The notes beneath the pieces were generated by a model that saw only the letters and a list, made by a program, of their open reading frames with translations, was not told where the DNA came from and searched no databases. The translations under genes and the position numbers were made by a program. Source: Ramazzottius varieornatus (lineage: Eukaryota; Animalia; Tardigrada). Taken from it: a DNA stretch of 64,000 nucleotides. Positions 1 to 12,819 of this stretch are shown piece by piece. The stretch lies in the NCBI GenBank assembly GCA_001949185.1, contig BDGG01000003.1, positions 562,679-626,678 of the forward strand, written 5' to 3'. The first letter of the stretch is position 1, and the number at the start of each line of letters is the position of its first letter.

Positions 1-1063
1 CGCTATAGAGTGCAATTAAGTCTTGTTCATTGCTTCTTCTGCCAGAGAAACACTTCTTTCAAGTACCACGCATTCCTCTGGCCAATTATTCAGTCGAATT
101 TGAACTTAATGAATTACAAGATATGAGTATGTAACGAGCCACCTTATCGCAAGGTGGAAAGCTGGAAGAAAGTGGATTTGGAAGGACAACTTCCGTGTGG
201 TTTGCAATATCATTCCTTGGCTTGATTAATTGATGAAGCAGAGAGGAATGACAAATTCCCGCGAGGATCATCACGGTTAAGCCTACACGAGTAGCGACTC
301 TCTGTCTCTCTTGGAATTTCAGTGTTTTCACAAATGTGTTACAAACAGTCATGCGGAACACCCAGAAATGAACCGCTTCAAGGAATGTCTGATGGGTCAT
401 TGGAGTGAGGCATCTAGGTGGAGGATCTGGCGAGATAGTAGAGTGTACAGAGAGGAATGCAATGGATCTGGTGTTTGTTGCCTGTCGATAGCGTGGATTA
501 TTTATCTTGACAGGAAGTGCCTTTGGCACATGGCCGTATGTCTCCACATGGCTGACGGACTTAAGTTTACTACCCCGACTCATCCCATGATTTATCAAGT
601 TGATCCCTGCATCGCAGACCAGGAAGTTTGTGATAGCTGTACAGGCGAGGTTGCAGAATGAATCTGAATCACACCCAAACAAGGCATGTGATTCCATATC
701 AAGTGTCCTTCCCTACAACGTTACTTCCTGGCGTCAGCGAACCAACAACTTCACCAAGTAACACAATTCAGTGTTCATGTCTGTTTTATTAGAATTCATA
801 CCGAGGTTAAACTTCGAGCTTCAGCAGGCTTTTTCACTATCGGTATAGTTTCTCAAAGAGGAGAGGAGTTCAAATTTCAGACAATCAAAACAAAGATCGA
901 ATTCAAGAAGGAACCGCCATCATCAAAGATAAATAGACAAAAAGCAAATCTATTTAGAGGCACTTTAAACCGGAAGGAAGTCAGAGGGGAACGGGAAGGA
1001 GGAAAGAGGCCCTTACTTAATGGCACACCAAATCAACTCTAACGTCTTCCTCACCACAGAGTA

Positions 1064-2763
1064 TTACAAGCCTTTATTATAAAACAGGGCAGTATCATTA
1101 GTTGCTGCTTGCAGCTTTTTCTCCAGCTTGTGGCGAGGGATGGTGGATTCCTGCGGGAACAATCCGATGGCTAATGGCAGAGCCAGACCAAAAGACAGAG
1201 CACCCAGGGTGGCATTTACAGGCAGATAGGCTTTGGGGAAGCGAGTGAAAAGCGCTGTCTTCTCCAGCGCGGTCATGATTAATGGCGGGATTGTCAGGAT
1301 GGGAGCCGGGAGAACGATGCGTGTCAGGGCTGTTTCTTTAATGGCATCGAAGGCTGCAATCTTCGAGGTACCAATTACCTAGAAAAGAAATTCTAAATCC
1401 GTGCAGTGTTCCCAGTTTCGAAAGGAAAGAGAAAAACACGTTGCTTGACTTTTGCCGCTCCGAAGAAAGAAAGATTAGAAGGATGCCATTTTCTTCCACC
1501 ATTTGAGACCTAGTCAGACAAACGCGGCAATATCGTAGCCTAGATCCGTAGCGCACGCTTTTGGCCATAACAGTAAAACCGTGCGCCACTTGCCAACACC
1601 GTCTGGTGGAGTTTGAGTTTCCTTTGAAAATTCCAGATGCGAAAGTTTCTCAGAGCCGTAGCTCACCTTTTTATTTTTGTCGTACACTTCAATTCCAGTA
1701 TTCAGCTCTTGTCGACGCATCAGGAAGACGTTACAGACGTTAGCTACTGCGACGGCGGGGAAGGGAACGAACTTCTGAATGAGGAGACGACGAGCAGGAG
1801 TAAGGCTCTTCGCCCGAGTTATCAGCTGGTTGAGTCCGACAGCAATGCCTACTGCGCTCGTTACAGCTCCTGAAACGAAGAAAACACAAGCATATCACTG
1901 GATATTCTTTATAAAAGATTCATTTCTGTTTTAGGAAGCCGATGCCGCTGGAAAACGTCGGAGACCTAAACCGGAAACTCAACGGCGAATATTCATGTGT
2001 TCGCGCGTGAAATGACTAACAGAACCGTGACCGGAAGTGCAAAGACTTATTAATAGTAGATTGATTGGTCCAGCTTGATTCGGCAACCAGCGTCTGATTG
2101 TTGATTTGTCTGGCTTCCTCGGAAGGCAAATATTTGACTTCCGCCAGTTCAAACAGGTCCACCTTCTCTCGGAACTTTATCTCACCTAAATAACCTTCGA
2201 TGAATTTAGCAGTAGGTGTCGGTCGCGTGGCGTTGCGGTTGCTAAAGTTGACACAAGCATTGTGACTTTGATTTAGCCATTGCCAAAAGATAATGGATGG
2301 TAGTGATGGGTTGGGAAGCAGCATTCCCGCAACAATGGGTGACCCTGCAAGAACACGTCGTTAGCATCTTTCCACTAATTTACTACACGTAGAGAAGAGA
2401 AAATAGTGTGATGTACGCACCAAATGGCACATACCCAGACATGCGGAACGGCATAAAGATTTTTTCGCCTGTGTCGGGGTGAATGATGGCTTGGACGATC
2501 TTTTGTGCTTGCCATAGCTCCTCGTTCGTCACTCCGGGCGGAAGTCGCCCGTCTCTGTATGCGTTCAGCAGGTCCTGGGCCTTCCTCAGCTGCTCGTCCG
2601 TCGTCAGGAGTGTTCGGGGATCGATGATGTTGAAAAAATGCCGTACACGGCCCGTGTAGGTGCTGAGATCGTAGCGTGACTTCCCCAGCTGAAAAGCATC
2701 CGTTTCTCTGGAAGACGCTCTTGAGAACTGTGAGGCTTCCATGATCGGCAGCGTATTAGCCAT
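1064..2763 (-). CDS. SFXN5: Sideroflexin, SFXN5-like (4 exons: 2763-2421, 2344-2186, 1869-1667, 1378-1064)
   Basis: Spliced translation gives family motifs [79 protein letters not shown] and C-terminal YNKGL; all introns GT-AG with consistent phases. Confidence 0.93.
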
Positions 2764-3206
2764 CCTTCCCGAAGGTCCTTCCGCCGGTCCGAGATTCTAA
2801 AACAAAATCAACAGGTTGTATGGAAGGTTTTTGACGAGGAATAAGCATGCAGAAAGCTGGAGCCTGGGCCCTGGAGGACTGATAATAGGTAACAGGTTAC
2901 ATAACATTACATGACACAAAGTAAACAACGGGACCTCCACACCCACACAACCACTGGACTGGACTTGACTTCCACGGGATAAGTAACGTAGGCCCATCTT
3001 GCCTACTGTAGTTCCATTGGGTTCGTCTGTACGCCTATTCCAGCTCGACTTCACATCGATCAAGTCATTCAAAGCGACCACTTCAATCAATTCACAACAC
3101 ACGCAGCAAAATTTGGTCGAAAAACTCCCGTCCAGTTTGCCTTTGCGGAACCAGTTACCCGTCTTACCTTTGACCCAAAGGAACAGAAGGTGAATTTGCC
3201 TGGGGG

Positions 3207-3927
3207 ATGTCGTCGCTCCCTTCCGAACTAGAACGAGCTGTCAAGTCGCTGTGGAGTTACGTCGAGCCTCTGTTGACAAGTCCTACAGAAGGAGTACGCA
3301 GTCGTCCATCTCCATCTTCTTCGTCCTCCTGGACCGATTCTTGGCTGCCGTCATCGCTCCGCTTCTCGCACCATAAGACCATGGCGCTTCCGCCGAACCT
3401 ACAGATCCTTATCCGTCTTGCTGGAGTCTCTGGCGCAGCTGCTGTTATGCTCGGCGCGTACGGCTCCCACTCGCTGCGCAAACATGCTACCCCTGAAGCG
3501 CGAGAAGTATTCGAGACAGGAAATCGCTACCACCTCATTCATAGCGTACGTTCCCTACATCAAATTTCCTCTGCTTTGCCTTGCTAATTATGGAGACTTT
3601 CCAGGTTGCTCTTGGACTCGCGCCGTTTGCAAAGAGGCCCCAGATAACAGGTGAATATTTAATAGTTTTGTTGGAAGTCTTGTCAATATACAATCAAAGT
3701 CTGACACGTGATGTTACGTTGTGACAGGCTGATATACTTCATGTCATGTCAGTACGTTACGGCCTTACGGGTTCCTTGTGTTTGCAGCTGGACTGTTCTT
3801 TGCTGGTATGCTGATGTTCAGCGGAGGATGCTACGGATACGCCCTATGGCAAAGTAAAACTGTGCGATCGGTAACGCCTTTTGGGGGCATTCTGCTCATT
3901 CTTGCATGGCTGAGCTTTCTGTTGTGA
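3207..3927 (+). CDS. TMEM256: TMEM256 / DUF423 family membrane protein (exons 3207-3545, 3605-3650, 3788-3927)
   Basis: RLAGVSGAAAVMLGAYGSH...FETGNRYHLIHS|VAL...GLFFAGMLMFSGGCYGYAL...TPFGGILLILAWLSFLL; AATAAA near 4144. Confidence 0.92.
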
Positions 3928-4125
3928 ACTTCTAAAGATTTTGCGAGCCGTCCCAGAGCCCATCTGCTACAGTACCCCTTTTTCCTCTTCTCAGGCGGCT
4001 CAATATAGCACGGTTTTTCTATTTGTAGTCCTCAACCTCTCTCTTGACTGAAATTGTGTGGTCTCTGTAGGCATCAGTTTGCTTGACAAGATGTGGAGAG
4101 TTGGTCGGAAACACTCTGAGTTATA

Positions 4126-4703
4126 TTACAATGCGGTGTTTAGTGTGTGATCCTTGGCGAACGAATAAAACAGGGCAGCCCATCCTGCGAGAAAAAATAC
4201 GTTGCCCAAGCGCTGAAATTTTTTAAACACATTCTTTAGGTTCCAACAATAACCGTAAGAACAACCAGAATAAAATAATATCCCGATGGTAAACATCGAC
4301 CCTGTAAAACGATATCACCCATCAACACACACTGAACCAGGAGGACGGGCAGATTAAAGTGGCTCACATCGCTCACCGGCAAAATTATGGAGTTTGTTTT
4401 CCGCAGATAACATCATCATCGCCAACTAGAAAAGAGCAAAGTCAACTTTGTCATTCGGTCGAGACATGGGGAAACTGGACATACGCTGTGTGTCATGTGC
4501 ATTCGAAGTCCCGCATTGTAGAATAAGTAGCGGTTGGTGGTAGGAATGGTCATTCGAGCGTCAATGGGACCAGGAAGTCCTCCGCCGAACATTGTCTGGT
4601 CAGCTATTACAGCCGCTCCCGCTAGCAGCGCACCGCAACCCTGCCATGAAGGAGGACGAAGCAGGCTGTGGAGCACGTTGCTAGTGTGCTGTCCTAAGCC
4701 CAT
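4126..4703 (-). CDS. Divergent TMEM256/DUF423-like paralog (exons 4703-4485, 4425-4377, 4301-4126)
   Basis: Spliced ORF ...GALLAGAAVIAD...YNAGLRMHMTHS|LAMMMLSAENKLHNFA|GSMFTIGILFYSGCSYGYCW...LGNVFFLAGWAALFYSF...stop. Intron positions and phases match the neighbouring TMEM256 gene. Confidence 0.8.
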
Positions 4704-5456
4704 AAAGAATACCTCCAACCGGCTCAAGTTGATCCGTACGTTACGCGTGGCAGTGACGGTACATTATGACAGCACAAAAGCAACCCGCCAGGATCTTGCT
4801 CAATCAAATCTGCTTGTCAAGATAGCATTTGCTTAACGGTGTTATGAATCTTCAGGTTTCCGGGGAGTGAAAATATCACTCAAAATTTGGTAAAGGTTCA
4901 CAGGAGGCTGGGATGAAATGGTTCGCACACGCTTGGGCCTGGCACTTGATCACAACTTTCAAGCATCCTCGTCATGGACGATGGGATCTGTTCTTGGACT
5001 ATTGTAGTTGTGCAACAAGTTGCCACGACGATTACTGCCTCTGCCAGTCAGAGCGATTATTTCAAAGGGGAGAGTTCGAAGGACGCAATTCGAAAAAAAT
5101 TAAGGAGTACAGACTCTTCCTGGATCCAACGGCGGCCCATTAATATTCGATTACCGCAATGATGATTACAGGGCGACATTTTATCCGTTGTTTGCTCTTT
5201 GAGTATATGATGCTCTAACGAACATAGGGACATGTGATCGTGAAACCCAGGTCTCGCTGAGGAAGTCTTGGTGATTAGCGACTGAAGAGGGCTAAGCAGC
5301 GTTCAGCTTTTTACTCACCTGACTTTTTCCGGTAAGACCGAAGGCGAAAATCTTTTGAAGCGGACATAACCGTAAGGTTTTCCAACCAACCTTCCATTAA
5401 AAAAGAATGACGGGGTCAATGCCTCACCCATCTTTGATCCACATGAGCAACGACCA

Positions 5457-5489
5457 CCAGAGCAGACACCAGAGCAGACACCAGAGCAG
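5457..5489. repeat. Short tandem repeat, about 3 x ACCAGAGCAGAC
   Basis: Directly visible tandem copies. Confidence 0.8.
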
Positions 5490-7200
5490 ATAATCATTCC
5501 CGGGATTTTCTAGTGTGTGAGTACGAGGACCTACTTCCGTCCATTGACGTAGACGTAGAAGTTATGCGGCAGGAGTTTCCAGGATGGTTACAAACTACTC
5601 TTTCAGCAATTTCATCAATTTATCGGCCCCGGCTGAGCCAACTATAGTGTTCGCGGTCATCGGCGCACTTCAGGGTCTAATAATATTGGTTCCTCCTTGT
5701 GCCTTCTGGCTTTTGCAACCGTTTCTAAATCACGAAATCTCTTCAATTTTCACTAGTAGTTGCATCTCCAATGTTGTGGTTGTCCTTTACCAGATGACAG
5801 TCTATATACCATAATTTACATATCCTGCTATCTTTTGGTTCTTGTCCAGACAAGTTCCGAATAACCATAATATCAATCATAACCCAAAAGCGACCGTAGA
5901 TAGTACGGAATACGGAGAAGCGGGTGACGAAGCCGAATTCTTGAGTTTGCTTGCCGTCGGTGGGCTAATTCACAATGCACCTCGATTTATAATTTTTATC
6001 GTCCGACTAACGAGGAACTCTAAACGGACGTCAGCTTCACCTAAACTCTGAGTTGATAGAGAACCTGATGGTGCCGGCGTTCTGCCTGTTGTTCAATACA
6101 AAACCCCACTCCACAAGTCTACCAGACAAACCATCACTGATACTTTCCTATCCGTCACACGAGTCACCCTCTCTTTCTTTAGGACCTGTAGGCTACTTGT
6201 TCGTCTCAAAGACTTACCTCGCCAGTGTCCGCCAGTTGATCCCGGTATTCCAAAGGGCGTTAGCCAAGCGTCCTGCAGGAACCTCAGGCTTCGCTGACCA
6301 TTGACAGGTTTATCCACCAAGGAAGATTGAAGAATCTCGTAAACCTCTAAGTCAGCCAGTTAGGCTTTACAGAAGACCGGCAAAAGCTGGAGTTCGTACT
6401 GCACTTTACTGATCAAAATTCAACTGAAGGAAAAAAGAGATACGCCGCCTGCAGGGCTGGCTTAATACCTCGAGGAAATCCCCTGTCAGTCATACATTCA
6501 TCGTACTCGTACACTCGTGGAGCCTTACCAATTTTAAATCCTGTACGAAATTCTCGCTACTCGCTACAATAGAAGTGAAAACGCCAACTTAAAGACAGCT
6601 GTTGGATGGTTTAATCGGTCTTGCTGTTGTCCCGGGCTTTGGCTGGGAAAGCAGAACTTTGCTCGATGGCGTCACCATGACAGCGATAATTTGACATCTA
6701 TGATGAGCATTTGATTGTCAACGATATCCAGTATTCGATATCGTATGCAGATATCAACTTTTCGAAAGACGTCGCCAAGGTGGGGGTTATACTGTGAAGT
6801 CCGTGAGGGTATCGATAGCCCGAGCGTGGTATCGACCTGTATCGCGTTCTGACTTCGGAGACCCTTTTCGGAGAAAACAATGCAATCGTGGTCTAAGACT
6901 GTGAGCCGCCTGACTGCGAAACAATTTCCACCACAAAGCACATTATGTTTGCTCAAGGCTCCCTTTCGCCTTAGATGCAGCCGTGCCTGCAGTCTAAAGT
7001 TAGTGATTATTCCCACAACACGGAAGTTTGCACCTGCAATTCGTCTATAGGCTACAGGTAACATCTCTCACACCATTTTACACATATGCTCGTTGGTCCC
7101 ATATAGGCTGCTTGATCCGGTTTCTTCTGTAGTTCTTATTGTCTTTCATATGATGAGCGCTTGTTTTATCTAGTGGACAGTTGACTGAGCACCCGCCATC

Positions 7201-7557
7201 ATGAACGCGCGTTTGGCGATCAGCGTTGGATTAGTGATCCTGGTCACGATGTCACAAATTTCTGAAGCGCGCACGTACCGGGAGGCAAAGGACGTCCGCA
7301 TCCAGAAACGGCAAGCTCGAATAAGTCTACCAACCAGACTGCCCACTACAACAGGTTTAGGGACGACCGCGACACTCAAGGTCGTCACGTTGCCACCGCG
7401 AACAACACTCCGTACCACGACCACTTTACTGCAACCGCCCACGGGCGGACCCATCATTTGCGATCCTTGCACCGGGACCAACAGCGATGGAACAACCTGC
7501 GATTTAGACTGCTTGGCGTGTGTAGTTAACGAGGGTACACCGGGTCCTGGATGCTAG
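7201..7557 (+). CDS. Small secreted prepropeptide: signal peptide, KR cleavage site, Thr/Pro-rich stalk, 6-Cys C-terminal module
   Basis: Single ORF with GCCATCATG start context, hydrophobic N-terminus ending SEA, IQKR|Q, then CDPC..CDLDCLAC..C. Confidence 0.7.
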   Translation: MNARLAISVGLVILVTMSQISEARTYREAKDVRIQKRQARISLPTRLPTTTGLGTTATLKVVTLPPRTTLRTTTTLLQPPTGGPIICDPCTGTNSDGTTCDLDCLACVVNEGTPGPGC

Positions 7558-8714
7558 TGGTGTTAGTCTGGCAGTTTCTTTTTCGATGCTTCTGCAACTT
7601 CACGGTTAAATGTACGAACTGCTTATCACAGACTAACCTTGCGCTAAAACGAGTCCGTCAGTTTCCGCGTTTGATGGCTTCGATAACCGTTGCTGCGATA
7701 AATCGTCGCTTCGGCTAGCTGAACTAAATTATCTGAACCTTTTTAACGCTACTGGTCTCAACAGCTAGTCGTGGCTGGCAAGTTTTAGACTTTATTTTCA
7801 CCAGTATTCTCGACACGACTCGACTCTAGGTGTAGGTGTTACTTTCCGTTACTTACTCGTAGGTACTTTCCATTACGGGCAACTAGGGTCATCCTATGAA
7901 GGGTTCTTTTGGGTCATTTAAGACTTTCGAGGCGCCAACGCATCCCACACGGCCAAGGAGATGTGCTCCATTTCTCGAAAGAAGGCAGCTAACAAGCCTG
8001 CCGTAGAAGACTGGGTAAACCTTCTCCACTCTGGTAATCTTTTGCTGGGTAGTCACCCTTACGGAAGACCGAAACTGAAGCTTCACAAAAACTTCTTCGG
8101 ACAATTTGTTGAACCCGATTCTCCACGAACCCTTGTAAAATCCTAACGGGACTTTAAGGTGTCTCCCCAAATCCTTGCTGGACAGAACGGGAAGGCGAAA
8201 AAATCGGGAAATCAGACACCCGTTCATATTGCACCTTGCCGATAACGCAGAGTTTGCCTTTCTTTACCCTCCCGGTTTTGGCTGTGAGCGAATCGACCTT
8301 AGAACGCATTGCTGCCCATGACAATAGGTGGGCTTTATAGAACGTTTTGATGCGAAAATTGATGTTTTGGCAGAACGCGAGCATCGCAGAAAATTCCGAA
8401 TCGTGAGCGGCACCAAAGGAACATTATGGTTACTGTCTGATTTCTATCTGGCGGTCTAGACCGCTAGGGAATTCTTCTGTTCTTAGTATCAATAGCCGCA
8501 GGCCAGATCTCTCTGGAACGGGCAAGAATAATAAAAAACTTGCCGCTCAGTAAACGAAATTATTCAGTCGACTCGAGGAAATCAGCTCTAGGGTGCACAT
8601 CGAACAAAACGCTTCCGCAAAACTGCACTAGATAGAACTGCAAACTCTCCTTCACACATCGGGAAGAAGGAACCTGATACTAAAGAATGATCACCATGTC
8701 GATAAATGATTGTC

Positions 8715-9010
8715 ACCAGAATAGCAGGAGCCATTAATTTGTAATGCAACCGGCAACAGTATGTATAAGTCAACTGTCCAGTCTTACTCCCTACTGGTTG
8801 GGGACTTTGAGGCTACACTTCTACAGAAGTGCTGGAGTAATGGTCAGTAAATTGTGGGGGTGGTTTGTGCCGGTTTGTATCAAAGACTGAAGATATGTTC
8901 ATTCGATCACGATAAATTCGTCCAGGCATTGATGAGTGCTCGGCTGTGAGCCTTTGATTCATACATACTGCCACCGGTTGCGTTACAAATGGATGACTCT
9001 TCCTACTCTG
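8715..9010. repeat. Degenerate inverted repeat, probably an old MITE
   Basis: 8961-9010 (ATACATACTGCCACCGGTTGCGTTACAAAT...) resembles the reverse complement of ~8715-8768. Confidence 0.45.
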
Positions 9011-9090
9011 CTGCAGATCGACTTGAATCATCCTAACCGTCATCCCAGAAAATTCACCCATCCAGCTGCGAGAAGAACTGAACAGGTGGG

Positions 9091-9190
9091 ATCAACTGTT
9101 TTGCCGGCCGGCCGACAGTTTAGCTGATGCTCCGGCAGATCAAATGATTTGCCCGGGCACGTTAGTTGACATCTCGGCAAAACAGTTGAT
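9091..9190. mobile_element. 100-bp palindromic MITE-like element
   Basis: Terminal inverted repeat ATCAACTGTTTTGCC / GGCAAAACAGTTGAT with a further internal inverted segment. Confidence 0.55.
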
Positions 9191-10342
9191 GTCAAGTTTT
9201 CGTCAGTTTATCGCATACACCTTTGTCGAATGAATCGGAAAAGACGTTGGGGGTAATTCTTACGGTCAGTATTACAAGAAATGTACTTTCCGCCATCGCG
9301 GTATCATTTTGAAAATGATCAATTTGCTTTCAGCTGGGAAACATCAGAAGTAATTTCATGTCTGAGTGGATCGAGGCTCCCGCTGTACTGTTCTGAAAGG
9401 GTAGTGCTGAAAACAGTCGGTTGTGCACTGAAATGAGTGTAGTTCCACTGTTTTGAAGAATCAACACAACGAATAGTCGATCCGAAAGGTGGAGTCAACA
9501 TGGCGTTTTTAGGCGACACTTTATCTTCGCATACGGTATTTACTGAGACTGTTGCATCTAGTCGCACCCTATCAACCGATGAAAGCTTATGACGGGCAAA
9601 GTTTTCGGTCAAAGAGTTTTTGCTCTGACAGTTCTTCTGTTTCTGTTCAAGGATAGTTATCGCAGTGGGTGCAGAGCTATGGAACACGATTCCAAAATAT
9701 TGATAATAAAATATCCCTGTAGGATTAGATCGTATTTTTTATGTGAATGGCATGTGGTTAAACCCCAATAGTTCAACCCTGGCAGCTGAAAAAGGTTTGA
9801 CGAAACTGGTGACGAATATCTTTCAAAGCAAAGATGAACCAGATGGGATCCAAAACGGCAGTCAGCTCAAACATGTCGGCCACCACTGCGTACACCTCGG
9901 AAGGGACGTTGACGTTGAAAAGAACCAACGTGTAGTATATTCCAACCGGACAGTACAGTACTAGCTCTGAAAAAGTCATGAGCGACAAGCCTAGTATGCC
10001 CCGGTTGCTCTTGAGCGTCTTGAGTTGGAGGCACCTTCTTGATGTGAAAAGAGCGAAATCAATCGGCCTCTGCTCTCTGGAAAAGGATCAACACGGCGCT
10101 TGGGCGGTCGTTGGATCCAGACTTTGTAGCAAAGAATCGGAAAGAGGGAGAAGATGACTACAAGTGGTGCGTTGAAGATCATCCATTGGATGTATAACTG
10201 TCACGACATTGCGGAGCCAACTGCGACGTTACAAACATCGGTTTCGACCGATGCACGGCCATAGAGCGTCCGTTACGACCACCGGCACTATGAGTCCGTA
10301 TAAGCACACCTGTGCATAAACATTACGTTGCCCGTTATTTGT

Positions 10343-10598
10343 ACACGAACGACGGGAAATTATGGGGCCAGTAAAAATTATGGGACCAGGCGGAAATGAC
10401 GGCAAAATGGAAATTCAAACGTAGTAAAGTGTCCAAATTAAAAGTGCATTACTTTGAATCGGTCACGTACGTACGTGACCGATTCAAAGTAATGCACTTT
10501 TAATTTGGACACTTTACTACGTTTGAATTTCCATTTTGCCGTCATTTCCGCCTGGTCCCATAATTTTTACTGGCCCCATAATTTCCCGTCGTGCGTGT
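10343..10598. mobile_element. Near-perfect, zero-spacer palindromic MITE with TA flanks (Tc1/mariner-type)
   Basis: 10341-10470 is the reverse complement of 10471-10600 with one mismatch seen; TA on both sides. Confidence 0.88.
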
Positions 10599-10786
10599 AC
10601 CGATGGTTAGTGGGCTCTAGGCTCAACCGCTACACTGTTACTTCGGCCACTGTAGGTACCATTCTGACCACTGAACTGGACATCCGGATGATAGTCAACT
10701 CGGATAAATCTTCACGTTCGAATTGCGATACTATTCTGACCTATAGTCGAAAACTAGAGTCACATGTTATTTCGAGAGACTGGCAG

Positions 10787-11357
10787 GGGATTTACGCCAA
10801 TCGCTCCACTCCGATCGTAAAATCAATACGGTAGAAAAATATAGAATGGTTTTGTGTATAAAGCAAGACAGACTGTATCGGCGGAAGAAATTCCTACACG
10901 CCACTACAAAAATCGGGAACACGGGAACAATTTTCGAGTAGTGCTATACGAGTCCGCTCAAGTGACATAATGCTCTTTGATTGACACTTTTGATTACAAA
11001 GATGTGAACAGCTGATCTAATTTGACTCTACTACTATGCCATATTGCTCACCATCAAGTGCTCAATCCAAGCGAATGCAAAACTATTCGGCGTCCCGTTT
11101 ACGTACCGCGCCAATCAGCTAATCGTCTTGCTTGTATCCGTTAAAAAACCACGTTCAAGTACGTTGCGTCAGAGCATTCCTATTACGTCATTGAGATGGG
11201 AGTGTACGGCGATTGTTCCGGTGTTCCCGAACTTTGTAGTGGCGTCCAGGAATTTCTTCTGCCGATACAGTCTTTCTTGCTCTTATAGAAAACATCCTTC
11301 TCTACTTTTCTACTAAATTGATTGTAAGATCGGAGTGGAGCGATTAGCGTGAATCCC
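10787..11357. mobile_element. MITE / foldback element with ~150-200 bp inverted arms, in the GPCR intron
   Basis: GGGATTTACGCCAATCGCTCCACTCCGATC...CGGGAACAAT matches the reverse complement of ~11212-11357. Confidence 0.85.
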
Positions 11358-12819
11358 TTGTGGATTTACCCAGAAAAAAAAATACAGGAACACACAGCAA
11401 AATTCCACTTGTGTGTTTGTTGGTAGGAGATTGGAAACGATATGGCCCAAAACCGGTTCAGTGCAATCAGGGCATGGGCGTTGCACATGCTACCGTCGAA
11501 CATGTAGGTGATGTACTGATACCAGGTGCATAAGGTGCTGCCCAGCCACCAAGAATCGTAAAGATCGTTGATCGTCTCGACGGGATAGAACAGCAAACAG
11601 CAACCTAGATTGACAAGACAGAGGTTGAATATGTAGATTGTGAACGGTGTGAACAGGGAGCGATGACGGCGGAATAGATAGACCAAGGACCCATTGGTCA
11701 ACAACCCGCCGACCTGGATAAACAACGTATAGCGTACCGCGGAATCCCACGTTATTGGGTTTAGCGCGCTAATATTGCCCGGTGAGTAGTTGAGGACTGA
11801 AGAAAAGTTCATCTTCACTGCAATGAACAAAGAAACGATGCTCTTCGGGCTTTCAGAGCGATATCTAATCCTGCGCTAACGGAAAACGCAAACCCAGCAG
11901 GTTTTAGTTGAAAAGGAATGACGATACTTCAACAGGCCCGTGAACACCAACGTGGTCTGCAAAATTTCAATGCCTGAAATATGGTCTAGTTTCAAAATTT
12001 GTGGAATGTAGACTGTGGAAAACGAAGGACGGAACAGGGAACGGAACTGAAAGTCTGGTATGACGATAGAGAGTAGGTTTGCAACGCGTGGTGGGAAAAA
12101 TCCGAGGGAGCAGATCGGATTCGACGGCAAAACTTGAAGGCAAAACTTGATGCCAAGCGTAGAGCGTTCCGGTAACAAACAGAAATGTCTTTAGGCGTGA
12201 AATGTAATAGATGATTCAAGGAGTAGCACATCGTACGCAGAAGGCAAAAAAGCAAACAGGATAATAACGTCGAACGGAAGTGTTTGTTGAGGCACTATAA
12301 TCCAATGCGCGTGATGCTCAAAGGCTCCAAATCTGCTGTGCATGCGTTCGGCAGAGCACCATACCGCTTTACCGACGAACACATGCACGTGCCTTGCCTA
12401 ATTGAATCTGAATGAGCTTATTAGAGGGTTCGGATAACCCGATTCGTTTTTTAAGGGCATTTCTTCACTATTAGATCAGAACACTACTTGTGCAGAGAAC
12501 TTTTCTGACTCTTTTTTCGGTTTGACTTCATGTTTATTACCGTTACAACCGGGAGCCTCAGCTAGGTAGCGACACTTTCGTGACACAGGAAGAAAGCACA
12601 TCACAATCCCAGTTCAATAAGTAAACCCGTGCTTGTTCAAAGTAAACACGTACACATTGCTCCCTTGAATCAAACGGTTCCCGCTGGCTCGCGTTATTTT
12701 CCCACGATGAACAGAAGGGGTCAGATATGTTCTCAAAGCCATAAAGTGGACATGAGATGTGATTCTAGGTAATCAAGCATGAAGAAAACGATGTAGTGAT
12801 GATCCTCACTTCTATAATA

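Larger units (their letters stand above)
9773..11812 (-). pseudogene. Class A (rhodopsin-like) GPCR pseudogene, two exons (~11812-11370 and ~10310-9773)
   Basis: Exon 1 gives TM1-4 (NG..L, YIFNLCLVNL, W.LG...C, ALNRFWAISFPISY). Exon 2 gives TM4-7 ending LDPIWFIFALKDIR but has an in-frame TGA (~10201) and frameshifts (~10255, ~9995); the exon 1 donor is also out of phase. Confidence 0.8.

Noticed and set aside
1-760. ORFs 86-697 (-) and 311-661 (+)
   Set aside because: No recognisable motifs and no consistent spliced model; may be the end of a gene outside the window
3700-3755. C/D snoRNA in TMEM256 intron 2
   Set aside because: C box imperfect (GTGATGT) and no properly placed terminal D box
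7889-8400. ORF fragments as a transposase or viral remnant
   Set aside because: No catalytic motif recognised in the frames examined
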